Positions 24,412 to 42,978 of a stretch of 64,000 nucleotides of DNA are shown here, piece by piece. Location of the stretch: assembly GCA_950097015.1 (NCBI GenBank), contig CATNEN010000007.1, positions 8,494,001 through 8,558,000 on the forward strand, written 5' to 3'. The notes below the pieces were generated by a model. It was not told the origin of the DNA. It searched no databases and was given only the letters and a program-made list of their open reading frames with translations. Each line of letters starts with the position of its first letter. The first letter of the stretch is position 1. The translations under genes were made by a program, and so were the position numbers. The DNA is from Macrostomum hystrix (lineage: Eukaryota > Animalia > Platyhelminthes).

Positions 24412-25218
24412 TCAAATGAAGCCGTAGGCGGTCACCTCGCAGATCGTCAGAATGTCAGTCAGCCGGCTGGTCAGTCGGAGCCTTCGGCCGCGACGGTTGC
24501 AGGTGAAGTTCCGCACAGAGAAGGCAGTCGCCGTGGTGAAGTCAACGCAGGTGACGCCGTCTACCTGGATGATGAAGTTGTTCAGCCGCTGCTGGCAGCA
24601 CTCAGCCCGGTTGTACAGCGTGACCTCGGTGATGAAGGCCTCGTCTTGTGTGACAGATTCCCACCACTGGTTCGAACCGCTGGCAGTGCTGAAGCAGCTC
24701 GTGTACACCTGGCTTGAGTTGCCGTCCATGGCCTTGCCGCAGAGGTTGCTGAGCGACCAGATGGTGCTCTGGCTGCAGCCGGACATGGACAGCGCTCCCT
24801 TGCCTGACAGAAGATTCAGTATGGAAGAGGTTTGAAAGATCAGAGCTCTGTGCTTTGCCAACTCGAATGTGTTCATTTTCATATTATGTAACCTAGCCCA
24901 TGCATCATCGGTCATCACTGGCGCCTGACCTGCGAATTCCAGCTTCCGGTGCGCTCGCTGAACCGGCCCAGTGATAGAGGTCGCGACCTCCTCGGGCAGC
25001 AGCAGGTGGCACTCGGAGCCCGTGAACCGAGCGCTGGCGCACCAGCCCCTGGCAGCGCACATGGACAGACAGTGCGCGAGACGGCGGCTGCTCAGCAACA
25101 GCTCAGAAGCCAGGTTTGCGGCTGGCAAGGTGGCCACCAGTTTGCTGCTTTGTCTCTTTGCTTCTGCCGTCAGTACCAGCAGAAGCAGGAGAGCCGCGGC
25201 TGACGTCTCAATTCGCAT
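24412..25218 (-). CDS. Secreted protein: signal peptide + PAN/apple-like domain + F-type (fucolectin, F5/8C-like) lectin domain, about 226 aa
   Basis: Exons 25218-24930 and 24803-24412 (126-bp phase-1 intron, GTCAGG..TGTCAG). CLSMCAARGWCAS..F..SECHL apple pattern; SQST..KAMDGN..QWW..LYNRAECCQQRL..LTICEV F-lectin pattern. Confidence 0.78.
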   Translation of the reverse strand: MRIETSAAALLLLLVLTAEAKRQSSKLVATLPAANLASELLLSSRRLAHCLSMCAARGWCASARFTGSECHLLLPEEVATSITGPVQRAHRKLEFAGQAPVMTDDAWARLHNMKMNTFELAKHRALIFQTSSILNLLSGKGALSMSGCSQSTIWSLSNLCGKAMDGNSSQVYTSCFSTASGSNQWWESVTQDEAFITEVTLYNRAECCQQRLNNFIIQVDGVTCVDFTTATAFSVRNFTCNRRGRRLRLTSRLTDILTICEVTAYGFI

Positions 25219-25599
25219 GAGTAAACAAATTCGGTGCAATATTTGAGCAATTTTTGATGTTGGAGCCTCGTGGAAGCTGTGCTGTCGGCTTTTATTCGGT
25301 TTCTGACGCCCGGTCGACCAATAGGCGGTCCACCAATCAGCTCTAGTTAAATATTACAAATTTGAACTCCATGACAAGGAATGGCTAGTTACTAATAAGT
25401 AGTCTGGTGCGCACGTGGTTCAGTTTGTCAAGCTTGTCTTTTTCTAAGCTTTTAACAGTGTAAACTCCAAGTAGTATTTTTCACTGCCAACGTTCGCAAC
25501 GATCTAGTTTGACAACGAGTTCGTTTTTGAGAAGCAAGCCTAGCAAAGATCTGGCTCAGGCTGTTGCCTCCGCTACAAGTTTGTCCTAAAAAATGCTTT

Positions 25600-26433
25600 G
25601 ATGTGCTGTCAGGGTGTGATGTCGGGGTGTATGATGTCAGGGTGTGATGTCAGGGTGTGTGGTGTCATTGTGTGTGGTGTCAGGGTGTGTGGTGTCAGGG
25701 TGTGTGGTGTCATGGTGTGTGGTGTCAGGGTGTGTGGTGTCATGGTGTGTGGTGTCATGGTGTGTGGTGTCATTGTGTGTGGTGTCATTGTGTGTGGTGT
25801 CAGGGTGTGTTGTGTCAGGGTGTGTGGTGTCAATGTGTGTGGTGTCAGTGTGTGTGATGTCAATGTGTGTGGTGTCAGTGTGTGTGATGTCAATGTGTGT
25901 GGTGTCAGGGTGTGTGGTGTCAGGGTGTGTGGTGTCAGGGTGTGTGGTGTCAGGGTGTGTGGTGTCAGGGTGTGTGGTGTCAGGGTGTGTGATGTGAGTG
26001 TGTGTGATGTCAATGTGTGTGGTGTCAGTGTGTGTGATGTCAATGTGTGTGGTGTCAGTGTGTGTGATGTCAATGTGTGTGGTGTCAGTGTGTGTGGTGT
26101 CAGGGTGTGTGGTGTCAGTGTGTGTGGTGTCAGGGTGTGTGGTGTCAGGGTGTGTGGTGTCAGGGTGTGTGGTGTCAGGGTGTGTGGTGTCAGGGTGTGT
26201 GGTGTCAATGTGTGTGGTGTCAATGTGTGTGGTGTCAGTGTGTGTGGTGTCAGTGTGTGTGGTGTCAGGCTGTGTGGTGTCAAGGTTTGTGGTGTCAATG
26301 TGTGTGATGTCAGGGTGTGTGGTGTCAATGTGTGTGATGTCAATGTGTGTGGTGTCAATGTGTGTGGTGTCAATGTATGTGGTGTCAGGCTGTGTGGTGT
26401 CAGTGTGTGTGATGTCAAGGTTTGTGGTGTCAG
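25600..26433. repeat. 15-bp GT-rich minisatellite (GGTGTCAGGGTGTGT)n
   Basis: About 55 units with variant positions. Confidence 0.97.
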
Positions 26434-26589
26434 CTGAGTCACTACTTTACTCACATTCATCAGTTATAGTGAAGAAGTTAAAATGGCAATAGTTTAGTAC
26501 AGGGGTCAGCAATCGTATTACCTAGCGGGCGGGCCAAAGAGAGAACCTAAAAGACAACAGTGGGCCGCATTGACTGTACAAATATGAGA

Positions 26590-27221
26590 AAAGGGAAAGA
26601 TGAGAGAGAGAAGAGATGACAAAGGGAGATGAGACTCAGGATAGATGAGACACGGGAGAGATGAGACAGGAGAGGGATGGGACACAGGATACATGAGACA
26701 CAGGATACATCAGACACAGGAGAGATGAGACACGGGATAGATGAGACACGGGAGTGATGAGACACGGGATAGATGAGACACGGGAGTGATGAGACACGGG
26801 AGTGATGAGACACGGAATAGATGAGACACGGAATAGATGAGACACGGAATAGATGAGACACGGAATAGATGAGACACGGAATAGATGAGACACGGAATAG
26901 ATGAGACACGGAATAGATGAGACACGGAATAGATGAGACACGGAATAGATGAGACACGGGATAGATGAGACGCGGAATAGATGAGACACTGAATAGATGA
27001 GACACGGAATAGATGAGACACGGGATAGATGAGACGCGGAATAGATGAGACACGGGATAGATGAGACGCGGAATAGATGAGACACGGGATAGATAAGACA
27101 CGGAATAGATGAGACACGGGATAGATAAGACACGGAATAGATGAGACACGGGATAGATGAGACACGGAATAGATGAGACACGGGATAGATGAGACACGGA
27201 ATAGATGAGACACGGGATAGA
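26590..27221. repeat. 16/17-bp minisatellite (GATGAGACACGG(G/A)ATA)n
   Basis: Degenerate GA-rich left end grading into homogeneous units. Confidence 0.95.
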
Positions 27222-27249
27222 TTTAAAGTTATCTAATTGGACAACCAGC

Positions 27250-27335
27250 TGCACAGTCGCACTGCAGCTTATTGCGCAGAGAATCCAAAGGCTGCGTACG
27301 GCTGTTTAGTCTGAGGACAGGGAAGGCCGCCTGAC
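27250..27335 (-). mobile_element. SINE family B fragment
   Basis: AAGGCTGCGTACGGCTGTTTAGTC matches AAGGCTGCGTACAGCTGTTCAGTC at 43.05 kb. Confidence 0.55.
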
Positions 27336-27418
27336 CCACAGTAATTTCTAACTCAGCTGAAGTTGTTACAAATTTTTCAGCCTAGCCCACGCATCATCGG
27401 TCATCACTGGCGCCTGAC

Positions 27419-27708
27419 CTGCGAATTCCAGTTTCCGGTCCGCTCGCTGAACCGGCCCAGTGACAGAGGTCGCGACCTCCTCGGGCAGCAGCAGGTGGCA
27501 CTCGGAGCCCGTGAACCGAGCTCTGGCGCACCAGCCCCTGGCAGCGCACATGGACAGACAGTGCGCGAGTCTGCGGCTACTCAGCAGCAGCTCAGAAGCC
27601 AGGTTTGCGGCTGGCAAGGTGGCCACCAGTTTGCTGCTTTGTCTCTTTGCCAAAGCAGATGCCATCAATAGCAGCAGCAGCAGCAAAAGCACTCATCTTG
27701 ATTTTCAT
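27419..27708 (-). pseudogene. Duplicated exon 1 of the PAN/F-lectin gene, with ATG out of frame by 1 nt
   Basis: Nearly identical to 24930-25160 including the GCAG/GTCAGG donor. ATG at 27708 (MKIKMSAF) is not in frame with LLLLMASALAKRQ. No private exon 2 is seen. Confidence 0.7.
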
Positions 27709-28643
27709 TGAGCAGTTAGCTTAGACGCGAAGTGTGGACTTTTAGTCGCGAACCTGGTTTAAGAGGTCTCTGGATTAGCGCGCACAGCCAATCAGAACAA
27801 AGCCTGCAGTCTAATTCATTCCCCAGCTACAAATGACATCCAATAGAAGTTCCAATGGAAATCTCAAAGGTCGTGTCCATGGACACGGGGAACGATCATA
27901 TAGCCACACTGACAATTAGACGACCAACAGAAAATCGATATTAAATAATCAAGTAGCGAAAGCATTCAGTGCCACTGAAACCTGCCGTTGGTTTTGCCTT
28001 GAAGCATACGCGACTCGAAATTTCACTTTATTTCTTGGCTGGCTAAGAGTACTATTTGAATTTAACGAAAATAGCTAGACATGGGATAAAATGGGTTACA
28101 GAAGCAATGGCGGGCAGTGCGGGACCGGACCGGCGCTTATCTCAGTCCATTGCTGTGATCTCCAATCATTTGGCAGCGCGAATTCAAATGACACACACGA
28201 AAGAATGAATGAGGCGAGTGACAGACTGTGGGATAGCCAGCATGCGGAATAGTAACTGCTACCTGAACAATTTAACTTGGTACCAGCATCCTGTCTTTAT
28301 AGCTTCATCAACACCAGGTGAGTCGCATTTTCAAAATTTTAGTCTCCTAACTGAATCTCCTTGAATCTCAAATAATCCAGTAATTAAGTCCAAAATAATA
28401 CTCCGGTTTTGAATCCTAATCCCAAATCACAAATACTAAATTAATCTTCCCGATCCAAAATCCCAAAATTATTCCGAGGTAAACCAGTTCCCTAAGCCAC
28501 CCAGGCCCTGTTATCAAATAATGCTGGAGCTCAACGATTCGCTCTGCTCTCAAATACCGCCAACAGATTTCCAGACAAACGGAATCAGCCTTTGGAACCA
28601 AGTTAACCAGAGCGTTGCTAAATTGTGTCCAAGCATCGGCCCG

Positions 28644-31574
28644 CTACTGCAGCCGCTGCAGCCGCTCGGCCAGCTGACGGAGCTCCTCGGCCACTGGAGG
28701 CGGCAGGTCACGGTTCAGCTGGCTGGTGAAGTAGGCCTCCAGCTCCTTGCACTCGTTCAGCCAGAAGTCGGTGGGCACCGAGAAGAGCGCGTCCAGGTTG
28801 ACCGGCTCCTCCAGGCCGTCCAGGTTCAGCGAGTCCGGCTTGGGCAGGCGGCCGATGGGCGAATCGACGGCGCAGTCCTCGTTGTCGACGCGGCGACAGA
28901 TCCAGTCGAGGACGCGGCAGTTCTCGCCGAAGCCGGGCCACAGGAAGCGGCCATCCTCGCCTTTGCGGAACCAGTTGACGTGGAAGACCTTGGGCAGCTG
29001 CAGGCCGGGCTTCTCCTCGAAGCTCAGCCAGTGGTCAATGTAGTCGGCGAAATTGTAGCCGAAGAATGGCCGCATGGCGAACGGGTCGTGCATGATGGCC
29101 TTGGTCTTGTGCTCTGCCGCAGCCGTGGCCTCCGAGCGCATCGCGGCGCCCAGGAAGACGCCGTGGCGCCAATTGTTGGCCTCGAACACCAGCGGCACAC
29201 CGGCTGGCCGGCGGCCGCCGAAGATAATGGCGCTGATGGGCACGCCGGCGGGACTCTCCCAGTCGGGATCCATGGAGGGGCATTGGGAGGCCGGAGCGCA
29301 GAAACGGGAGTTAGGATGTGCGGCCAGGATGCGGTTGTGTGGAGTCCACATCTCGCCCTTCCAGCTGGTCACGCCAACGGAGGTGTCCACCTGGTAGAGA
29401 GCGGCGGGGCAGATAGGTCGTACAACTATATATCAGATTCGATCCTACCAAAGCTAAGGAGGGTCTGCGGACAGTGTCCCGCGCGCTAAAATCTCACACT
29501 CGATAATTAGATGACGAAGAATTTAATAACTCAGATGTGGATTGAATTTTTACTCCCGCCATTTACCCAACAGTCAAAAAATGATTTTTTAGATTCCAAA
29601 CGATGTTTATAAAAGAATGCTGCTAATCTCAATTAAATAAAAAAGCACTCTTGATCTCAGATCCCAAAATAATCGACATCTGAATGATCTTAAGTTGCTA
29701 ATGAATCCTACGATCTCAAATCTAAAAAGAATCCTTTCCTGATCCCAAATCCAAACAGAATCCTTTCTTCATCCCAAATCTAAATAGAATCCTTTCCTGA
29801 TCCCAAATCCAAAAAGAATCCTTTCCTGATCCCAAATCCAAAAAGAATCCTGCTGATTTTACAAAACTTCAGCGACGCTAGCGCTCACCTCCTTCTCCAG
29901 GCCTTCCCAGAAGACGCCGCCATCGTCGGTCTCGGCCACGTTGGTGAAGATGGTGTTCCGCTGGATGGTCTTCATAGCGTTCGGGTTGGTGTGGCTGCAG
30001 GTGCCCGGAGCAACACCGAAGAATCCGGCCTCCGGGTTGATGGCCCGCAGGACGCCCTCTGAGTCGAACTTCATCCAGGCGATGTCGTCACCGACGCACT
30101 CGACCTGTCCGCGAGGAAAGTGGACAGGCGAGGTGTGAATCACCTAGCTGCTTGACTGGCTCATGGGCCCCTCTTAACTTGTCAATAGATTTGGAATACT
30201 GTACAGTGCTCGTAAAACGCAATCAATAAATTTTTTTTATTAGTTTTTGGGGATCCAAGATAACAATGGGAAATTGAAATAGGGCCTGTACGATCACAGA
30301 TAATGGAAAGGGGGTGAGTGGGATCGCATTTTAGGAGCATCTCAAGCATCAGTTTTATTATTTGTCACAAAAAATGTTTCAGTGCTTTTAGTGCATACAT
30401 CCAAATTATTTTTTTAATTCTGAACTAGCAAATATATTTGTACAATGCTACATATTTGGACACTGTAGAATTAAAAATTAATTAAAAAATTAAATTAATG
30501 CATTCTTTATTAAATGAGAACTTACCATTATGATTATATTTTATTTATGTAGGCTTATACTATGGCTTGTAGGCTAGATAAATATACATTTGCAAAACTG
30601 GCAACACTCACCTTATAGCCAGGCAGTGTGGGCTGAAGCATGGCCAGGTTTGTCTTGCCACAGGCAGAAGGAAAAGCAGCAGCTACATACTTCTTCTTGC
30701 CCTGGGGATTGGTGATGCCAAGGATAAGCATGTGCTCAGCTAGCCAGCCTTCCCTCTTGGCCAGGATGGAACCGAGGCGCAGGGCAAAGCATTTCTTGCC
30801 AAGAAGAGAGTTGCCTCCATAGCCGGAGCCAAAGCTGGCAATCTCATTGCGATCAGGGATGTGGGAGATGAGGATCTTGGATGGATTGCAGGGCCAGTTC
30901 TGAACCAGCGGCTTGTACACACCACCAGTGAATGGCAGGCCCACCGAGTGCAGGCACTTGACGAAGTTGTCGCCCTGAATGGCGTCCAGCGCATCCTTGC
31001 CCATGCGGGTCATAATGCGCATGGAGGCCACAACATAGGGCGAGTCTGTGACCTGAATGCCCACCTTGCTGATGGGGCCGCCTATTGGTCCCATGGAGAA
31101 TGGGATGATGTACATGGTGCGACCCTCCATGCAGCCGGGAAATCGATCTCGCAGCGCATTCTCCAACTCGGCTGGTGACAGCCAGTTGCCTAGTTGACCC
31201 TTCACGCCCTCTTTGGGCACTGGCACAGTTTCGCGCTTGTCGGAGGTGCTGATGACGGTTTTGCTCTCGACGCGGGCGACATCAGCGGGATCTGTGCGCA
31301 CCAGCCAGCAGTTGTCCATCTTGCGCAGCGGCTTGGCGATGCCAGCACGGCGCATGATCTCCAGGAAGCGCTTGTTCTCCTCTTCGGAGCCGTCGCAGAG
31401 GTACACGTCGTCCGGCTGGCAGATATTAGCTTTCTCTTTAACATAGTTGCGCGCAATGGTGGGCAAGCTGCTTAGAGTTGTCGGTATATCTGCCAGGCCT
31501 CGGCAGGGTGTCAGTTTTACTTGCAGGCTGGCGCCAAGCAGCCGACAGATTCCGGGTCGAAATATCCCAGACAT
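28644..31574 (-). CDS. PCK: Phosphoenolpyruvate carboxykinase (GTP), 641 aa, probable mitochondrial presequence
   Basis: Exons 31574-30612, 30104-29889, 29390-28644 (1926 nt). Motifs [53 protein letters not shown]. Arg/Leu/Ser-rich N-terminus without acidic residues. Confidence 0.97.
29715..29851. repeat. 29-bp repeat, about 4 copies, PEPCK intron 2
   Basis: AATCCTTTCCTGATCCCAAATCCAAAAAG units. Confidence 0.85.
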
Positions 31575-31647
31575 GCTGACTTGCTTTCCGTAACTTCTAT
31601 CTGTGGTGGTTTAGACAGTGCGCAAGCGTTCTGCAGGCAGGCCTGGC

Positions 31648-31750
31648 CTTTTAATTTAAATTTCCGACTCCGCTCCTCAGCAGGGCATGGGGTGGGGCGG
31701 GGTTAGAAAACGTAAATGTACACAAACGAAGCCCTGCCCCTCCCGCCCTG
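31648..31750 (-). promoter_or_regulatory. Putative PEPCK core promoter
   Basis: AT-rich TTTAAATTAAAA about 80 bp upstream of the ATG; GC boxes GGGGCGGGG (31694-31702) and CCCGCCC (31742-31748). Confidence 0.35.
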
Positions 31751-32706
31751 TCTCCCCTTCTGTGTCCTTCGGGGTTTTGGTGAGGAGGAAGGATAAGCGC
31801 GCTAAAGTGTACATTCAAGATTTTAATCGGAACGTACATTTATCTTTATGGTGCGTCCAGCTGAGCGAAGTCAACACCTCACTTGTTTGGAATAATTCTG
31901 TGCAGTTTGAGGAGTGAGTGAGTGCACAACACACCCCCATAGCTTGAAGTTGAGGTAGTTGCTTGTTGGGGCCAAAATGTTGTTTTTCTCTTTATGCTTC
32001 CAGATAAGAAATAACGAAATGTATTGGCAACTCGGTTTTAGGCAGATCCAGCAGGGGGATTAGCCGGTCAAGGTCTTCGCTCCCCTCCCCATTTCTATTT
32101 CCACGACGGATTCTTATTCTTTATTACTTGTAAAATTCACGCTTTGTCAGAAATGTATCAGCCAACACACCGTAAACAGGAATGGTAGAAATACCCCTGC
32201 TTGTCGTTTGTCGCTTACACATTGGGGACAAGAAATGGCTAGAGAGTAGAACCTATTGGGCTCAATAAGATTACCCAATAGCTGTGCAAATCAATTTATC
32301 CATCCATACTTTCGTATTAAACACGAGTTTTATGCTTCAAAATATTACACTACTTCACTTTGAAAGTCTGCAAAACTACCAAATTCGAACTTTAGGTAAA
32401 AGTGCACAAAAGTGCCGGAATCTTTGAATTCCGGCTCTTTAGCAAGTCGCGGCCTTAGGATTGGGCCATTGGCCATAGACAGTTTTCTCGGCTACTTGAA
32501 GGCGCGCCATGGGACTCATAGACAATTTTGCTTCGCTAAGTAGTACAGTCGCCCGTGGTTTTTTCATCACTTCTTTCCCCGCAAGAATAAAGTAGCGGCT
32601 AGCTTTCGCTGTCAGCCAACTAAACTATAGCTACTACCCAGTCGGAGCTCGCTCGCGATTGCACTTAGCCAATCTAGTTCAAGCCATCAACTAAGCTAAG
32701 TCCGCC

Positions 32707-33771
32707 ATGTTTCCCTGGGCTGCGCCAAAGGAGCCACCAGCTGAGTCTGTGCGCAACAACTGCCCCGCAGTCTGGGGCAACGGCCTCGACAATGGGGACA
32801 ACAGTATCACTATAGACGAGATTGAGGCGCGCTTCCGCAACAAGCAGGTTATCGTGCTCAGCCGCTTCAACGAGAAGGAGCGCCGCACCTACAGAAACCT
32901 GGCGATGAAGTCCAAGCGTGTTGTGGAGGTTCTCACTGGCGAGTACCTGGGCATTTCTCACGATGTAAGCTCTCTGAAATTGCCATGAACAATCAATATA
33001 ATTTATATCCGTAATCTGCAAAGCGGCCTGATAATTTCTCCCCTTCGATAATTTCATAATGATAATTTCTCCTCTTCGCCCAGATGTCCATCGAGAAGGA
33101 GAAGAACACTCCGTCTTGGATCGCCGTCGGTGCCTGCCGCTTCCGCGATGGCAAGAAAGGCTACGAATGGATGGACAGTGACCCTAACTTCATGGGCAAC
33201 GACCTGCTGAGCCACACCCACGAGGCCTGGCTGATCAAGCTGGACGAGGCCGAGGCGACTAAAGACGGTAGGCAGCCTTCATATTTCATATTTATATTTA
33301 ATTAATTAATTAACAGCATTCATATTTAATGGATGCTACTTTTATTAAGTAGTACAGTTAAAAACACAAAAACTGTTCACGAATGCCATCCGAACAGGCA
33401 ACAACATCTGGTTCCTCAACAACGTGTTCTGCAAGCGCGAGGACGTCCCATCTGCCATTGAGAAGCTGAACGGCCTCAAGCGGGGCATCCAGAAGTTCAG
33501 CGGTCGCGTGGTTGCCAACAACAATCTGGGCCTGCGCATCAAGGGAAACAGTACGGCTCCAGAGTACATCATCCTCATCCAGTTCCGCAGCTTCCAGTAC
33601 TACAGTGAGTGGATGAAATCCCAGGAGGGCTTCGAGTTTCTGGATGTCGTCAACCCACTGGGCGATCGCGAGTCGCTGCTATTCGCTCTCTGCCCCGATT
33701 TCCCGTCGCCCGCTGAGTGGAAAGCGAACGACGACCTAGCCGACTATATCAAGATGCACGGCCAGGACTGA
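32707..33771 (+). CDS. Uncharacterised 271-aa protein with two DUF1330-like (dimeric alpha-beta barrel) repeats
   Basis: Exons 32707-32964, 33084-33267, 33398-33771 (816 nt, phase-consistent). Good Kozak context GCCATG; AATAAA at about 34119. FSGRVVA..PEYIILIQFRS..EW.KS resembles DUF1330; the domain call is inference. Confidence 0.8.
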
Positions 33772-35330
33772 AGCATGCAATGATGCAGTGCACACGGGGC
33801 ACTGCGTCAGTGGAAGATCCACCCTTCAAAAGTGATCGTTATAATGATTTTGTCCAGCAAAGCGTTCACTAAACTGCATTAGGAGGTACATTGCTTTGTT
33901 TAATTTTTAGTTAGCGTATAAAATGCGTACTTTTTTTACCTGTGATTGCAACCTTAGAAACAAAGCTGCTTTTCACTTTACATTACTTACGCGCACCCCC
34001 CGCTCTCATGCTTCAAACTCACTGCGCAGTGTGCAACTATAGAAAACAGTTCAGCCGAAGCTCAGCGTGGAATTCCTGCCGCCCCTTCGACAAAACCATA
34101 GCTTCCGTATTTTGTCTGAATAAAATACTGATTTTTACACATTAGTGCATTTAAACTGTATCTGCTCCCTGAGCTGGTCTTATCACTCAGTTGTTTTGCT
34201 GACGTGGCAGCCAGATGACAATTAAGAAGCAAGAGTGAGATTTCGCTGAATATTTTTCAATAGGCAAAAATCATAACATTTTTTGTAAAGCCAGTGAGGT
34301 TTCTAAGATAGCAAAGGGCTTGAATACGCTCGAAGGTCAACAGCTTCTAAACAGGCAACATGAGTTCCCGTCCAGGCAGTTTTGTTTCTTGAGAAGCACT
34401 GATTTCTTACGTGTCTCCTCTTCATCTTGAGAATAAAGTCGTGTCAGTTCAGTGATGCCTCTGTAAGCATGTTGCATTAAAGCACATTGAAATGCATCAC
34501 GGATTTTTGCTGCATTCGTCGCAGAGTTGAGTACATTGGGTAATAAAAAAACACCAAGCTAGTCGGCCAGTGGCATAAATTATTAACTATGGCAGCCTCC
34601 ATAAAAGCTTCGGTTTACAAAAGAAGCTTTACAAAAGCTGTACAAAAGACTGCGCACGTACAGCTGTGTGTTTTATGCGTGAAACTAAGATTTCGAAAGC
34701 ATCTCTCGAAACTGCAATTAAATAATGTTAGAAAACATGGCATTAAGTACAAGCAAGCCACAATATCAATGATTTATTAAGCCAGCACTGGCTGTCGCTG
34801 CTACTGTACTGCAATTAGGTTATCAGCATTACAACATGATATATTAATAAGTTAAATTGCAGTTCACATACTCAGTCTCACTAGCTAGTTGCTAAGGGGA
34901 GCAAAACGATGAGGAAATAGGGACTCCGCCCAAATACGAGTACGAACGGGTGTGCTTTTTACACAAGAGCATGGCGGGCATGAGCTGTAAAAACATTGCT
35001 TCTAACAAAAATTCTAACCGGGAGCGTCTCAGTGAGCAGACAGTCGGGAAAGCATTGAGTAAGCGCAAATGAAGGTGGAAATTGTACTTAGCATGGCGAG
35101 ATTAATTACTCATAGAGCAGCTGCAAAGGGCAGAGAGAGTTGAGAGTTCAGCAGGTGCGCGCAGTATTATGTAATCTGGGCAAGCAACAATGCTCGCCAA
35201 TCTCCATGCTGTGAGAAACTCGCGAGGTCCAAAGAAGAACAGAGGTGATAGACAGAAGATTAACGAGCTGGCAGTAGCGAAACAATGCCGCAGCCTAGCA
35301 GGAAGAATTTGAGAATGTCTCAAGCTGCCT

Positions 35331-41147
<5,817 letters not shown>

Positions 41148-42938
41148 TTATGACTAAAAGTTTGTAAAATGCGGTCTGAGCTACTGTTGTCCTAGTAGGC
41201 TGGTGAGACTTGACTGACAAGAACATAAATCGAATTGCTGAAAACTGAGAACTAAGAACTCAACAAGGCGTACCTCCGCTACCTTGAGTCCTTGCTTTTG
41301 ATCAATACCACTTTACTTTTCAAAAACTCTAAATCTATACGATTTTATATATAGCTACTAAACTAGGAACAAAGAGGCGTCGAAAAAATAAGCTACTGAA
41401 AAGAAAACATTTCTCGTACATTTGGTTTGCAATATATTAGTAGCTACTAGCTAGCAATACGAACAAGCTAGTCCTGTTTACCTATTTAGCAACTGCTTAT
41501 TGGAGGTTTGGGTAAAGCTTTGGTTAAAAACTTTCAGTAAAATATACTTTGTAAAGTGCAAGATTGCAAATCAGTAATATGCCTAGAACTGCAATAGTCT
41601 GTCTAACTCGATTAGGAATGTCTCAACTTTAAAGCCTAAGGTCGATCAATATACGAGCTAATTGAAATACAAATAGCTAATCTGCTATGAATACAAAATA
41701 AACTAACTGAAAATATACTATACTAAAAGAAATACGAGATCAAGTGCTTGCCTCACCTTTCTCCGATTTAGAGCCTGAAAGAAAATATTTCTTTTTAATC
41801 GTGTCCGCTTCTTCCTAGACTGGAGCTGTTAAAAAGCCGGTTTACAAGTTTTGCGAAACAGGAGCAAAAGCAGGAAAATAGGCCTGATTTAGCAAGATCG
41901 CTGACCGTCTGGCGTCTAGCTTTGGAGTGAGGGAAGGGGAAGGGGTGGAATGACATATATGCAGAGAGCTGAGGCTGCCCCGATGGCTCGGGGTGGCTGC
42001 AGGGTAAGGAATGAGGGCGCCGGCTATCTTAATGGTCTGAATCACACTGGAGTAAAGTGTAGTCGCGGCCGGGGGTAATTAACATATGCAAATTAGGCTA
42101 TGACTGACTGGCTGAAGAGAGAAAGATATCGCATCTCGCGTAGGGCTAGGGCTGTTTTGGGGGGTTGGGGCGGGGGTGTGAGGGCCGCACTAAGAATCGA
42201 CCCAAGGGGACGGGGGAGGCCTAACACCCACCCCACAGAGCGAATCCTCGCGTCACAAGTTATCACGTGACTATGATTAGTTCCAATTTGGCCGGAACAG
42301 GGGGCGTACAAAGAAAAGTGAGAGAGGAGGAGAAGGACATTCCAAAACTCCTTCCCACAAGCGACCATCCCCCCAAATCTGCTTTTAGCAGTTCCTAAGG
42401 CTTAAAATAAAAATGGAGCGCACCCGCAGCCCATCGATCGGTGCCGAGGTTTTGTCAACTGGAAATTTTTGGACTGGCGGGGGTTCACCTTGCGATGATG
42501 GCTCGGCTCCCACGCTTTGACAGGAGGACAAGCAATGCTATCAAACTGCAAAGCTCAGTCACACATAGGATGCTTCCAATGGATTTCATTGGAGCAGCAT
42601 AACTGCTAGAAATCCGGTCAGTGCCAAAAATTAAAAAACTAAAAAACACGCTAAATTGACAAAGCAATCAGAGAAACTTTGCAAATTATGTACAAAGCGA
42701 AAGCACAAAATTTAAATATAAATCAAGAAGATATATATTTTTTGTATAACACAGAAGTATATATTTTAGTGTAATAATGCCTGCATGCAAAAAAATCAGT
42801 AGCCAGAATCGTAGCGGAATCGCAGCAAGAGTCGAATTCAGAATCGCAGCAGAAGCCGGATAGCAGCAGCAGTCGTATTCTGAATTGCAATAAGAGCCGT
42901 AGCCAACTAGGGGGCACACAAGAATCCCTTTATAGATC

Positions 42939-42939
<1 letters not shown>

Positions 42940-42978
<39 letters not shown>

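Noticed and set aside
26500-26575. CAGGGGTCAGCAA hAT-like terminus
   Set aside because: No matching opposite end or TSD found in the window.
25598-27254. Cys/Val-, Thr/Pro/His- and Ser/Ile-rich repeat ORFs
   Set aside because: Translations of the 15-bp and 16-bp minisatellites, open in several frames.
28521-29489. 322-aa plus-strand ORF
   Set aside because: Antisense shadow of the high-GC3 PEPCK exon 3.
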